A stretch of DNA of 64,000 nucleotides from Betaproteobacteria bacterium (GCA_016192065.1 JACPUX010000010.1:49728-113727); one strand, 5' to 3'; positions 17,912 to 28,400 are shown, counted from the first letter of the stretch. A program made the numbers and translations. Notes: generated from the sequence alone by a model not told the origin.

Positions 17912-20074
17912 CTACTTGCCCTCAAGATCATCCATGAACTCGGACGCCGGGGCCGTTCCTGTAACCAACAGCCTGTCCCGCGCGCGCGTGCAGGCGACAT
18001 AGAGCAATTGCCGCTCGGTGTCGTAAACCTCCTGCAGGTCGCCGTCGTCGCCGACCGTTTCGATCCGCTCCTGCAGCGGGATGATTTCGTCGTCGCAGGC
18101 CATCACCGCCACCGCGCGGAACTCCAGCCCTTTCGCCAGGTGCATGGTGCAGACCGACACCTGCCCGGGTTCCGTCGCCACGTGGTCATCCAGAATCCGG
18201 CAAGGCAAGCCGGCGATGCGAAGCGCTTCCTCGGCCCGGCCGATTTGCGCGCCGGAACGCACGAAAACGGCCATCTCATGCGGCTGGATGCCGGCGCTGG
18301 CGCATTCGGCGAGCCAGTCCGCTACGACCGCGCTTTCTTCCGCCGCATCGCCCAGAATCCGCAGACGCGGCGGCGGGCCGTTGAACACCGACACGGCATC
18401 GCTGCGGTCTTCGCTATTGCCGTCCGCGTCGGTCACGGTGGGGCCGAGCAGGCGATCCGCCTGGCTGCGAATCTGGTGCGAAGTCCGGTAATTGACGCGC
18501 AGAGTGCGGGAGCGGCCGCGCACATCCACGCCGAGCGATTTCCAGGAGAAAGGCTGCTGGAAGATGCGCTGCCCAAGGTCGCCGGCGAAGAACAGCGCAT
18601 TCGGGCGCACCGCGCCTTCCCCTCCGGCCAGCGCAACCAGAAAGCGCAAGTGCGCGACCCCGACATCCTGCGCCTCGTCGACCACGGCGAAATCGAAAAC
18701 GGGATTGCGCCTCGCTTTCAAGGCGCTTGCCAGGGCCGTGAATAGCCCCGAGGCCGTGACCAGGCCCTTGTCGCGCAAGCCGGCGCGGACGCGCTCGAAG
18801 ATCGCCCACAACACCGCCCGCTGCGCTTCCGGCAGCCGGGTCTTGCGGCCGAGGCGCACCACGTCGCGATAGGCCTCCCAGCGGTCGAGCTGCCAGGCAT
18901 CGACCACGTGTTCCCATTCGGCGAGCAGAAAGCGCCGGCCGAACTTGTGTCCCGCCACGGCCCCGGCGGCGGCGTCCATGAGCTGGCGAATGTCGTCGCG
19001 GGTCGCCAGCTGTGCCGAGCCGACATGGGTCTTGTACAAGCGCAGTCCGATGGCGTCGAGAGAAAACACGTCGATCCGCTCGGCGAGCCGCGGCTCGGAA
19101 GTCAGCAGGCGGTTGAGCTTCGATTGCAGGGCACTGGCCAGTGTGTCGGTAAACGTGGCCAGAAGGACGCGCGCATCGGGATTCGTCCGCGCCAGATGCG
19201 CGGCGCGGTGCAAGGCCACGATGGTCTTGCCGGTGCCGGCCGAACCGGCCACGCGCGCCGGGCCGGCGTAATCCCGCTCCACCCACTGGCGCTGCTCGGG
19301 GTGGAGAAAGACCGTCCATTTCTCCCACGGATAATCGAGGGCGCGCTGCAATTCCTCGACGTTGCCCATCACGCGGAAGCGGCGCTGCGCGTCGGGATGG
19401 TCGAACGGGCTGACCGCCGACGGTGCAGGCACACGCGGCTTGCCGCCCGTCGCCAGTTCAAGCAGCGCCTCCGCCGCCTCTGCCGGCAAATGATCGGCAA
19501 GGACGAGCAGGCTGTCCTCCGTGGCCTGCTTCACGTCGGGCAACCACTCCGGCGGCACGCCGTAGCCCAGCAGCTCGTCGTCGGGAACGTTCAGGAATAG
19601 CGGCTTCGCCGCCACCACTTCTGTGGCACTCGCTGGCAAGGGCAATTCGCCCTGCACAACCACCGGCACCACGATTTCCCTGACCGTCTCGCGGATCTCG
19701 ACCAGTTGCGCCGCGCCAGTCTTGGGATGGGTTTCGAGCTTGCGGCGCTCGGCCCACTCGTAGGCCTTGTCGTGGTGATCGACGTAGCAAAGCAGCAGGC
19801 TCGACTCGCTGCGGTGAACGATCAGGCGAATGTCGCTGCCCACCCGCACCGACCAGAAATTCTTGTCCTTGGCGCGGTCGAGCTTGTGAAAACTCAAGCC
19901 GGGGCTGGCGGGATTCAGTTGCAGGTCGAAAGCGGTCGTCTTGACGAGCTTCTGCTCGTCGCCGGTCAGCCGGGCCAGGCTTTCAGTGAAGGTGTCAGCG
20001 ATGAGGTACTGCATGTACGAGACCGCTTCGCCATCCGAATCAAGGTGTATGCAGACAGCCGCGGGCGATCGCAA
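17912..20074 (-). CDS. UvrD/Rep-family SF1 helicase with N-terminal RelE/ParE-like domain
   Basis: Walker A GSAGTGKTIVALHRAAHLA, C-terminal LLYVACTRARDRLLV (motif VI); N-terminal about 110 aa with FWSVRVGSDIRLIVHRSESSLLLCYVDHHDKAYEW resembling RelE/ParE toxin-fold C-terminal motifs. Confidence 0.8.
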   Translation of the reverse strand: MRSPAAVCIHLDSDGEAVSYMQYLIADTFTESLARLTGDEQKLVKTTAFDLQLNPASPGLSFHKLDRAKDKNFWSVRVGSDIRLIVHRSESSLLLCYVDHHDKAYEWAERRKLETHPKTGAAQLVEIRETVREIVVPVVVQGELPLPASATEVVAAKPLFLNVPDDELLGYGVPPEWLPDVKQATEDSLLVLADHLPAEAAEALLELATGGKPRVPAPSAVSPFDHPDAQRRFRVMGNVEELQRALDYPWEKWTVFLHPEQRQWVERDYAGPARVAGSAGTGKTIVALHRAAHLARTNPDARVLLATFTDTLASALQSKLNRLLTSEPRLAERIDVFSLDAIGLRLYKTHVGSAQLATRDDIRQLMDAAAGAVAGHKFGRRFLLAEWEHVVDAWQLDRWEAYRDVVRLGRKTRLPEAQRAVLWAIFERVRAGLRDKGLVTASGLFTALASALKARRNPVFDFAVVDEAQDVGVAHLRFLVALAGGEGAVRPNALFFAGDLGQRIFQQPFSWKSLGVDVRGRSRTLRVNYRTSHQIRSQADRLLGPTVTDADGNSEDRSDAVSVFNGPPPRLRILGDAAEESAVVADWLAECASAGIQPHEMAVFVRSGAQIGRAEEALRIAGLPCRILDDHVATEPGQVSVCTMHLAKGLEFRAVAVMACDDEIIPLQERIETVGDDGDLQEVYDTERQLLYVACTRARDRLLVTGTAPASEFMDDLEGK

Positions 20075-20414
20075 ACTCTTTCAGCTTCTTGGCCAGCTTC
20101 CGGCACTCCTTATCCGCACGCTGGCCAAAATTGATGTAGGCATGTGCCGGTGAAGCAGGAATAATCGGATCGGGTTGGCTCGCCAAACCCGCATGAGTGA
20201 CCTCATCGCACTTCACTCCCCATACGCCTGCCGACGGATTTCCCAGATCATCGGTGTAATGACAGTATGATGCCTCAGCGGAAATCTGGTCACCGTCATA
20301 CACCGACAGCCGCCCATGATCCTTGGGAAATGGGTAAAACGCCTGACTTGACAGTATGCCTTCCGGAAGAAAGTTAGGATGCACCTGCCGCAGCAACAAG
20401 GTCTGACCATTCAT
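20040..20414 (-). CDS. hypothetical protein P124
   Basis: 124-aa ORF, 35-nt overlap with the helicase gene and 4-nt overlap with the upstream gene (operon). Confidence 0.45.
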   Translation of the reverse strand: MNGQTLLLRQVHPNFLPEGILSSQAFYPFPKDHGRLSVYDGDQISAEASYCHYTDDLGNPSAGVWGVKCDEVTHAGLASQPDPIIPASPAHAYINFGQRADKECRKLAKKLKEFAIARGCLHTP

Positions 20415-21511
20415 GCAGCGGTTGTCCTGATGCTGTCACTCAAGAATCCAAATAGCGACTGCCATTCCGCAGCGTTTTCCAGTTTGAATTCACGCTCGAT
20501 GTCATTGCCGTTCGGCCCGAACGCATGAAAGCTGGCTTGAAGGCTGCTCAAAAGAAGATCGAGAGACGGAGAACCATCAGCCGCCCATTCCAGCAGCAAG
20601 TTGCCGTCCTGCGTTGGAACGATGCTCGGCAGTATCAATCTTTCCGGATAGTCCGCAATGAGCTTGTCGGCAACGATTGCCAACTTGTCAGCATCAAGGG
20701 CCGCGCCTTGCCCCTCGTACCAACCAGCCCGCACCTGGGCAAGCTCATCCATGCGCGTGGCAATCGCGTAATTTCTTACAACCTCCATTGACTCCACGGA
20801 AATCAGTTTCTGCAAGCGATCCCAAGAATCATGTGCCGCCACACCTTTCAAAGCCACCTGATGTCGTGGCTTCCCGCCGTATTCTCGCGCCTTGTTGTGG
20901 AAAGAATCCGGCATAGGCACGTTGACTTGATTGCCATCGGCGAGGCGAAGCCTAAACGTCGATTTTTCCCAATCCACTTCCGCAATGGAACCGAGTAAAT
21001 CGACTTCCTTTTCATATACCTGATCGGCGGCAAGCACCAATTTCTTTCGCTTGTCCGGAGTCAATACCGCGCTTCCAGCTCGTTGGCGCGGCAATTCCAG
21101 GGCCTCGCCCTCACGCAGTGAACGGCCAAACTGGTTGAAATGCGCCAGGAGTTCCTTGGGAAAATTGTCGGGCAAAGCGTTTTCCGGTGCGGCAATACAC
21201 TCGGAAACCAGGTCTCTGGCCTGATCGAAATAGTCTCGCTCCCCACCCACTAGCGCCAGCGCGCCGGAAAGCACCAGAACCAAATTCGGCATAGCACTGC
21301 CTGGATCGATGCGCTCAATGTCCAAACGAAAGTTCGACGCGAAGCCCTTCGGAACACGCTCCCGATCGGGATGATCCGTCAAGTACAGGTGCTTGGCGAG
21401 GTCGAGGATCAAGCTTTCGTACGCAGCAAGGTCGCGTGCGACATCAACCGGCAAGGTTTTCTCGTCGAACCTTGCGCCGGTGAACTTGGGTTGCGAAAAA
21501 TCGGTCTTCAT
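20411..21511 (-). CDS. hypothetical protein P366
   Basis: 366-aa ORF, first gene of the 3-gene operon, 73 bp downstream of the mod stop; moderately lower GC. Confidence 0.5.
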   Translation of the reverse strand: MKTDFSQPKFTGARFDEKTLPVDVARDLAAYESLILDLAKHLYLTDHPDRERVPKGFASNFRLDIERIDPGSAMPNLVLVLSGALALVGGERDYFDQARDLVSECIAAPENALPDNFPKELLAHFNQFGRSLREGEALELPRQRAGSAVLTPDKRKKLVLAADQVYEKEVDLLGSIAEVDWEKSTFRLRLADGNQVNVPMPDSFHNKAREYGGKPRHQVALKGVAAHDSWDRLQKLISVESMEVVRNYAIATRMDELAQVRAGWYEGQGAALDADKLAIVADKLIADYPERLILPSIVPTQDGNLLLEWAADGSPSLDLLLSSLQASFHAFGPNGNDIEREFKLENAAEWQSLFGFLSDSIRTTAA

Positions 21512-21583
21512 ATGCCCTCAGGCAAGCAGTTTACACCACCCGAAACACCTTCATCACCTCATCCCCCAGGTGATTGATGACCT

Positions 21584-24388
21584 TCACCGCGATGCGACCG
21601 GACTTCGGTTTCTTGAACGGGCGCGAGGTGTCTCGCTGTTGAGCGAGGCCCAGGCTTCTGCGTCGATCTCGGCCTTTAACGTGGTCTTCAACGAGCTGTA
21701 GGGATCGTTGGCGCCGAGGAAGTAGGCGTGGCGGACGAAGAAGCTTTCCTCGTTGTAGTCGGTGTCGATGAACCAGCAGGCGATGCCCTCGGCGCCATCG
21801 CTGACGACTTCGCCGGTCTGGGGCTTGAACACGTCGACGCCGTTGACCTTTACGCGCAGTTGGTCGCCTTCGGGTAGCAGCGTGATGTCCGGCTCGCCGA
21901 AGATCACGAACAGGTTGCCCTTGCCGGTGTTCTTGAGGTCTTCGGCCATGTGCAGATCGGCGTTCATGCGCGCCTTGAGCACCGGCAGCTTGCCGAGCTT
22001 GGCGAACTCGGTGGTGTGGGCCTCGAAGTTGAAGGCGCAGGCGATCAGCACGTCGAAGTTGGCGTCGGCCGCCTCGCGCGCCGCCTCCACCAGATCGGCG
22101 CGCTGCACGGTGCCGAATTCGGGGCCGATGAAGATGGCGGCGCGCTTCTCGATGCCTGCCGCCGTCTCGCCGGGACTGACTTTTACGCCGCCCTCGATGT
22201 AGCGCCCCTCGGCGCAGACCAGGCTGCCGGGCCAGGGCGTCAGCGCTGTGAAGACGATGCGGTCTTCCTTGTGCGCCTGCTGCACGCCCGCCGTCTTGAG
22301 GTTCTCCAGGATCATCTGCGGGAAGGACTGCTTCGCCGCGTAGTCCGCATCCGCTTGGCGCAGGGTGTCGATCAGTTCGTCGTTTTCATCCACGCCCAGC
22401 ACGCGGTGCGGGGAGAGGCTTTCGACGGTGAAGGGGCCGGCGACGCGCACCGCTTTCTTGTTTTCGTAGGGCTTGTCGTAGAGATATTCGAACTCGGCCT
22501 TGGCGGCAATCGACGCATCGATTTCCTTCTGCCGCGCAATGCGTGCCTGCCACCAGTCGGCGTGGAGCTGCTTCGCCTTGTCCGCCCATTTCGCGTCAGC
22601 GTCGCGGGGAATTTCCCATTCCTCGAGAAGATCCTTTTTGACAGGATGAACAGAATTTACAGGACAGTTTTTCCCATCCTGTTCATCCTGTAAGTCCTGT
22701 CCAATGGTTTGGTTCAGCCTCTCGCGCAAGGGTTCCAGCGTCTGCTGCCACTTGTCCCAGATCACGTCGATCTCGGCGTTGTTGGCGATGGATTTCAGCG
22801 TGATGTGCGGCACGCGCTCATAGACGAAGCCGTGGCGGATGTTGCCGTGCGTCGGTTGCGAACTCGGCGCGGTGCGCGTGACTTCCGCCTCCTTCAACTG
22901 ACCTTCGCGGGAATCGGCAAGCAAGTAGTAGGGATAGCGGGCACCCATGATGCGGGCGCGCGCCAGTGCCAGCGCAACGCGGGAAGTGTCGACGGTGATC
23001 CAGCGGCGGCCCCATTGCTCGGCGACATAGGCGGTGGTGCCCGAGCCGCAGGTGGGGTCAAGGACGAGGTCGCCGGGGTCGGTGACCATTTGGATGCAAC
23101 GCTCGATAACCTTTGGGTTAGTTTCGACTACATATGCCTTCCCGATCAACGAAACGGTGTCTCCCCAGTGGTTATCAATCGTTGCTACCGGGTAGTCATC
23201 ATGGAACCGCTTGAACTTGAGAGTACTATGGGATGCGTGGATTCGATTCGCCTTAGCCAAGCGGAACATGCCAAGTTCTGACGTCTTCCAGTGCCGGTTC
23301 TGGCCGCACGCGTAAAACCTATTTCTGTGCGTGAACTGATAGCCGAGTGTTGGCGAGTCGCCGGAGGAAATCAGCGGCTGCTTGAATAGGTATCGTGCTC
23401 CGGCAGGCAAGCCACTATCTGCTTCTAGCCTTACAGAAGTGCCGTCGAGAAATTCCGCCGCATCAAAGTAGCTATCATTGCCGGTTTCCTTGGCAACAAA
23501 TAGTTGCCTGTACTTGGCGGCAGACTTGCATTTCGCGTACCAGAGTGCAGAGTCATAAACGCTCGAGATCAGGGCGGTTTCAAAGCCACTTGAAGTCTTG
23601 AAGTGAATTTCCCCGACGAAGTTGTCGTCCCCGAACACTTCATCCATGACCGCTCTGACCCGATGCACATTCTCATCACCAATCTGCACAAAGATCGACC
23701 CCGAGTCGGTCAGCAGATCGCGGGCCACCGTCAACCGGTCACGCAGGTAGGTGAGGTAGGAATGAATCCCATCCCGCCAGGTATCGCGGAACGCCTTGAC
23801 CTGCTCCGGCTCGCGGGTGATGTGGTCGGCCTTGCCGTCCTTGACGTCGCGACTGGTCGTCGACCACTGGAAGTTGCTGTTGAATTTGATGCCGTAGGGC
23901 GGATCGAAGTAGATGCACTGCACCTTGCCGCGCAGGCCCTCGCGTTCGGCGAGGCTGGCCATGACCTGCAGGCTGTCGCCGAGGATCATGCGGTTGGTCC
24001 AGTTCTGGTCGTGCTGGTAGAACTCGGTCTTGTCGGCGTCCTTGGGGATGCCGTTGAAGTCGGCAAACAGGTCGGCGGTGATCTGCCCGGTGTCGTGCTC
24101 ACGTTCCTTCGATTCGCGCAGCAGTTCGTCGATCAGCGCCTTGGGGTGTACTTTCTCCTGGATGTAGAGCGGCGGCGCATGGACGACGAGATCGCTCCAG
24201 TCCTGCTCGTCCTTGCCGCGCCAGACCAGTTGCGGGTCGAGGTCGGTGTTGCGCGGGTAGCGCACCTGCTTCGGGTGCTTCTGCGCCTCGTCCAGCACCG
24301 ACTGGTATTCGGCGGTGGGGATGTTCTTGCGGCGGGCAGAGTCGTGCTTGATGGCGTCGACGGACTTTTGGGTGGGTGGCTTGGCCAT
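21584..24388 (-). CDS. mod: Type III restriction-modification methyltransferase (Mod, N6-adenine, DPPY), unusually long (934 aa)
   Basis: N-terminal Mod-type region, catalytic motif IV CIYFDPPYG, motif I-like VLDPTCGSGTTA after the TRD (gamma-class order), about 300-aa C-terminal extension. Confidence 0.85.
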   Translation of the reverse strand: MAKPPTQKSVDAIKHDSARRKNIPTAEYQSVLDEAQKHPKQVRYPRNTDLDPQLVWRGKDEQDWSDLVVHAPPLYIQEKVHPKALIDELLRESKEREHDTGQITADLFADFNGIPKDADKTEFYQHDQNWTNRMILGDSLQVMASLAEREGLRGKVQCIYFDPPYGIKFNSNFQWSTTSRDVKDGKADHITREPEQVKAFRDTWRDGIHSYLTYLRDRLTVARDLLTDSGSIFVQIGDENVHRVRAVMDEVFGDDNFVGEIHFKTSSGFETALISSVYDSALWYAKCKSAAKYRQLFVAKETGNDSYFDAAEFLDGTSVRLEADSGLPAGARYLFKQPLISSGDSPTLGYQFTHRNRFYACGQNRHWKTSELGMFRLAKANRIHASHSTLKFKRFHDDYPVATIDNHWGDTVSLIGKAYVVETNPKVIERCIQMVTDPGDLVLDPTCGSGTTAYVAEQWGRRWITVDTSRVALALARARIMGARYPYYLLADSREGQLKEAEVTRTAPSSQPTHGNIRHGFVYERVPHITLKSIANNAEIDVIWDKWQQTLEPLRERLNQTIGQDLQDEQDGKNCPVNSVHPVKKDLLEEWEIPRDADAKWADKAKQLHADWWQARIARQKEIDASIAAKAEFEYLYDKPYENKKAVRVAGPFTVESLSPHRVLGVDENDELIDTLRQADADYAAKQSFPQMILENLKTAGVQQAHKEDRIVFTALTPWPGSLVCAEGRYIEGGVKVSPGETAAGIEKRAAIFIGPEFGTVQRADLVEAAREAADANFDVLIACAFNFEAHTTEFAKLGKLPVLKARMNADLHMAEDLKNTGKGNLFVIFGEPDITLLPEGDQLRVKVNGVDVFKPQTGEVVSDGAEGIACWFIDTDYNEESFFVRHAYFLGANDPYSSLKTTLKAEIDAEAWASLNSETPRARSRNRSPVASR
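22641..22700. repeat. AT-richer composite inverted repeat inside the mod coding sequence (13-bp perfect IR ACAGGATGAACAG/CTGTTCATCCTGT with 25-bp spacer, plus a 7-bp IR ACAGGAC/GTCCTGT)
   Basis: Directly read; in-frame (encodes ...DEQDGKNCPVNSVHPVKKD...). Confidence 0.7.
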
Positions 24389-24588
24389 GGTGTCAGGTTG
24401 CCGATGTCGGAATGATGCGTTTGAGGCGTTTTTGAGGCGTTTCGATCGCCCTGAGTCGTGGCGGGTTTGACGGGTTCGTGACGGGTTGCCCGATGAGGCA
24501 TGAGCTCATAGAGCCGTTTATGAGACCTTGGCGGTGTGAGTCTGGCATGGCAGTCATGGCACCTTTGTGGCCCGCTTGTGGGTGTTGA

Positions 24589-25431
24589 TCAGGAATCGAG
24601 GCCATCAGGGTTCTTGAGCGATTTCTTTTCTTCTGCTGCCAGACGGCGTTCGACTTTTTTGACATCCTCGGCTGGCGGAAGGCTTTCGGGGCGGATGCCG
24701 CGCTCGATCAGGGTCTTGCGCACTGCTTCGTTGTTGGTGATGTGCTCGTTGGAAATGGCCCGCTCAGTGCCAAGACGATGCTCGCGCGTATTGAAAATGG
24801 TGATTTCTGTGGCGAAGTCCTTGGCTTTCAGGATGATGGTTGGCGCGAAGTCGGCCAGTGGTCTGCTATCCGGCACTTTCCACTGTGCCTTCATGGCTTG
24901 AGTCGACTTTCCGAAGAGAGCCTGGTCGCCTTTACTGCGGATCAGCGCGAAATCCTGATTGCCGCCGGTCTGTTCATAGATGACGGATGAAAGGTCCTTT
25001 TCCGTTTTGGTGAGCTTTTTCCGTGCCTGCACCCGCTCCGCTTCCAGCAGACGTTGCTCGATCAACTCCGCTTTGCGCGTCTGGATGGCAAAGTAGGTCT
25101 GGGCAAATGCAATTTCCGGCTTTTTGGAGTCGCCGTTCTGTGCAATCAGATAGCAGGCATAGCGGGTGAGCATGAGGTCATCCACTTCACGCTGGCTGCC
25201 AGAGCCCAGATCGACCATTTTGGTGACCTCAACAAAATGGTCTGCTATCGGGTGATTGGTCACTTCACAAGCGGTTCTTGCCTTGCTGACGACCGACATG
25301 AAGTTTCGCCATTCCGTATAGCCCAGCAAATGCTGAATATCGCGCGCCAGCCAAAACTCAACGCCATTTTCAGCTTGTTGCGCATGCGCCTCGAAGGAGT
25401 CGGTCAGCGAATGGATAAGATCAGTTTTCAT
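24589..25431 (-). CDS. dinD: DinD-like / Bro-N domain protein (DNA-damage-inducible protein D family)
   Basis: N-terminal Bro-N-like segment EFWLARDIQHLLGYTEWRNF..., 280 aa, lower GC than neighbours; sits between res and mod. Confidence 0.7.
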   Translation of the reverse strand: MKTDLIHSLTDSFEAHAQQAENGVEFWLARDIQHLLGYTEWRNFMSVVSKARTACEVTNHPIADHFVEVTKMVDLGSGSQREVDDLMLTRYACYLIAQNGDSKKPEIAFAQTYFAIQTRKAELIEQRLLEAERVQARKKLTKTEKDLSSVIYEQTGGNQDFALIRSKGDQALFGKSTQAMKAQWKVPDSRPLADFAPTIILKAKDFATEITIFNTREHRLGTERAISNEHITNNEAVRKTLIERGIRPESLPPAEDVKKVERRLAAEEKKSLKNPDGLDS

Positions 25432-25440
25432 GAACCTTCC

Positions 25441-28400
25441 CTATGTTCGAATGGGAACCGTTTTCCCCTCAGCGAGGGTCTGGCGAATCATTTGATCGAA
25501 CTCCGCCTCCACCTTTTTGGCGAAGTCTTGCTGCATCCGGAACACGTCGGTGAACTCGGCGAAGGCCCAGCGCCCGTATGTGCCGAGGTGATTCACGCCG
25601 GGCACCCAGTAGGTGTCCATGGTCGATTTCTTTTCCTTGGCGTCCTCTCGCCGATAGCCCTTGATCTCGACGATCAGATGCAGCAGGTCGTCCGGGCCGT
25701 GCCCGTCATCGACCAGGACGATGAAGTCGGGCAGGTATTTGCGCGTTTCCGAGCCGTAGCGGTAGGGCACCTCGAAGCCGAGTCCGTGGTTCTTCACGTA
25801 GGCGCGCACCTTCGGATGCGCTTCGGCCACGCGGCAGAATTCGGCTTCCCAGTCGCTGTCGAGCACCACCCAGTTGATATGGCAGTGCCGGGAACTGGTC
25901 TCCCAGCGGCACGCCTTCGAGGTGTTGAAGCGGACATGCCGTGTCGAGCCGTTGGGGTTGTAGGGATCGAGCAGCGCCTTGATCGGTCGTTCGTCGAGGA
26001 ATCGCCGGGTGATGGCAGCAGTGATTTTCTCGCAGGCCATGTCGGCCAGTTGCAGATACAAAAGCTGCGCCGGGTAGGTGCCGCCCTTGCACTCCAGATG
26101 ATGGTCGAGCCATTCCTTGGCGATGCGCTTCAGCTGGCCGAAGAGATGCAGCTTGGGCTCCTCGCCGGGATCGCGCCACTTGGTGTAGAGCAGCCGCTGG
26201 GTGAGGTTGAACAGCAGGGTCGAGGCGCGGACATCGCCCAGATGGTCGACCGTGAGGTTGACGCCCTCGCCGATGATGCCTTCGTTGCGCGTCTCGCAGG
26301 GGCCGACCAGCTCCGGGGTCAGGAGCAGCGTCGAGTCTTCGTTGAAATGGGCCGTGAGCCGTTCTTCCGGCAGCTCGACGCGGTAGCCTTCGACGCGCGG
26401 GAAAACGATTTCGAGGGCGTCGCGCTCGGGGCGGACTGCCTTGACCTGCACCGTTTCGCGCGGCGGCTGCGGCGGACTGACGACGGGCTTGGCGGTGAAG
26501 TCGAAGGGGATGCCGAACACGTCGGCGTATTCGACGTCGAATAGTCCTTCCTCGTTGAGATCGTAGGACTGGCGGCGCAGCGCCCGGCCGATCACCTGTT
26601 CGCACAGGAGCTGCGTGCCGAAGGCGCGGATGCCGAGGACGTGGGTCACGGTGTTGGCGTCCCAGCCTTCGGTCAGCATCGACACCGACACCACGCAGCG
26701 GATCGTACCGCCGAGCTGGCCGGCCTTGCCGACGGTGTTCATGACTTCGCGCAGGAGTTCCTGATCGGCGAGGTTGTCGCCGGCACGGGCGTCGCCGGTG
26801 CGCTCGACGATCTCGCGGCGGAAGCGCGCGATTTCGTCGGCGGCCATTTCGTGGAACTTGTCGTCCAGCGCATCGCCCGCTTCGAGCTGCTCGCTGTCGA
26901 TCAGCAGGGTGTTCGGGCGCGGCAGCGGATTGCCGGTGGTTTCGTCGAAGTTGCGAAACAGCGGCAGGCGGCCGTGTTCGGGCGTGGCGGTGCCGTCATC
27001 ATTCTTGCGATGAAAGCCGGAAATGAAGTCATAGACGAGCTTCGAAATGGCGGTGTTCTGGCACACCACGATGAAGCAGGGCGGCACCTTGATGCCGGCC
27101 TCCTGCCAGAGCTTGAAAGTCTTTTCGTAGTGGCCGTACAGCGCCTGTAGGGCGGTTTGCAGCCGGGTCGGCAGCTTGAGCGGGTCGAGTTCCTGGTTGG
27201 CGCCGCGCCCTTTCTTCGGCATGTCCTTGCGGATGTTCTCCCAGAGGTTGCGGAAAACAGGCAGTTCGTCGCCGGGGATGTTTTCCGCCACCGGAACGCG
27301 CGGCAGCTTGACGATGCCGCACTCGATGGCATCCATCAGGGAAAAGTCGCTCATCGTCCAGGGGAACAGCGTGCCTTCGGCGTAACCCGATCCGCGCAGG
27401 AAAAAGGGTGTGGCGGACAAGTCGATCGTGCGACTGAGACCGAGCTTGCGGTTCACGGCTTCAAGGCCGGAAATCCAAAGGCGGGCGGCTTCGTTGTTCT
27501 TCTCGGCCTCGGTCTTTTCCTCGCCCTTAAGATCCTCGTCATCGGCTTCCCGCGGCTTCTCGCGGTAGCAGTGGTGGGCCTCGTCGTTGATGGCGAGGAT
27601 GTTCTTCATGCCCATCAGATCGGGCATGACGCGCTGGAGCATTTGGCCTTCGGTTTCGGTGGTGACGATCTCGTCGCCGGTGCGGCCCTTGAGCAGTTGG
27701 CGCCCGCCCTTGGAAATGTCGATGCGCTCGCGCAGCTTGAAGGCGTGGTAGTTGGTGATGACGATCTTGGCGCGGCCCATCTCGTCGAGCAGATCGTGGG
27801 GCACCAGTTCGCGCTCGCGATAGTAGCTGTCGGGGTCGTTGGGCTGGAGCACGCGCAGCCGGTCCTTGATGGTGAGGCCCGGCGCGCAAATCAGGAAGCC
27901 GCGGGTGAATTGTTTGCTGGACGGGCGGCGAACGGCATTGAGGGTCTGCCAGGCGAGCAGCATGGCCATGACGGTCGTTTTGCCCGCCCCCGTGGCCAGC
28001 TTCAGCGCCAGCCGCATCAGGCCGGGATTGGCGTCCTTGTTGGCGGCCGCCAGGTGATCGAGCAAGCGTTTGCCGTGCCTGGTGCCGGGCGCGACCTCGA
28101 TCAGCCAGATGGCGGCTTCGACCGCCTCGACCTGACAGAAGAAGGGGCGGACACCGTTGAATTTGTGATGGCGCCAATGCTGCAGCAGCCGCGCCGTCTC
28201 CGGCGTCACCTGCCACTGGTTCGGGTTCGGCAGCGCGCGCCAGGCGTCCACGTGATTGCGCACCTCGTTGATGATCGAGGTTGGGTCGTATTGCTGAGTG
28301 CCGCTCGATAGACCCTTGCCTTCGTCGAAAACGAAGCCTTCCTGTTGCGCGACTTGTTTCTGTTTCTTCGGTTTTGGGATTGGAGTGATGAACTCAGCAC

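Noticed and set aside
17912-20074. Gabija GajB or housekeeping UvrD/Rep
   Set aside because: No adjacent OLD-family ATPase-Toprim gene (GajA). The extra N-terminal domain and operon partners argue against a housekeeping helicase.
22709-23281. 190-aa plus-strand ORF antisense to mod, and the other ORFs antisense inside mod and res
   Set aside because: Fully embedded antisense frames of GC-rich genes; no independent coding signal.
21584-24388. BREX PglX or DISARM DrmMI methyltransferase
   Set aside because: The MTase has Type III Mod-style N-terminus and DPPY motif and is adjacent to a classic Type III Res. No PglZ, BrxC/BrxL or DrmABC components are present.
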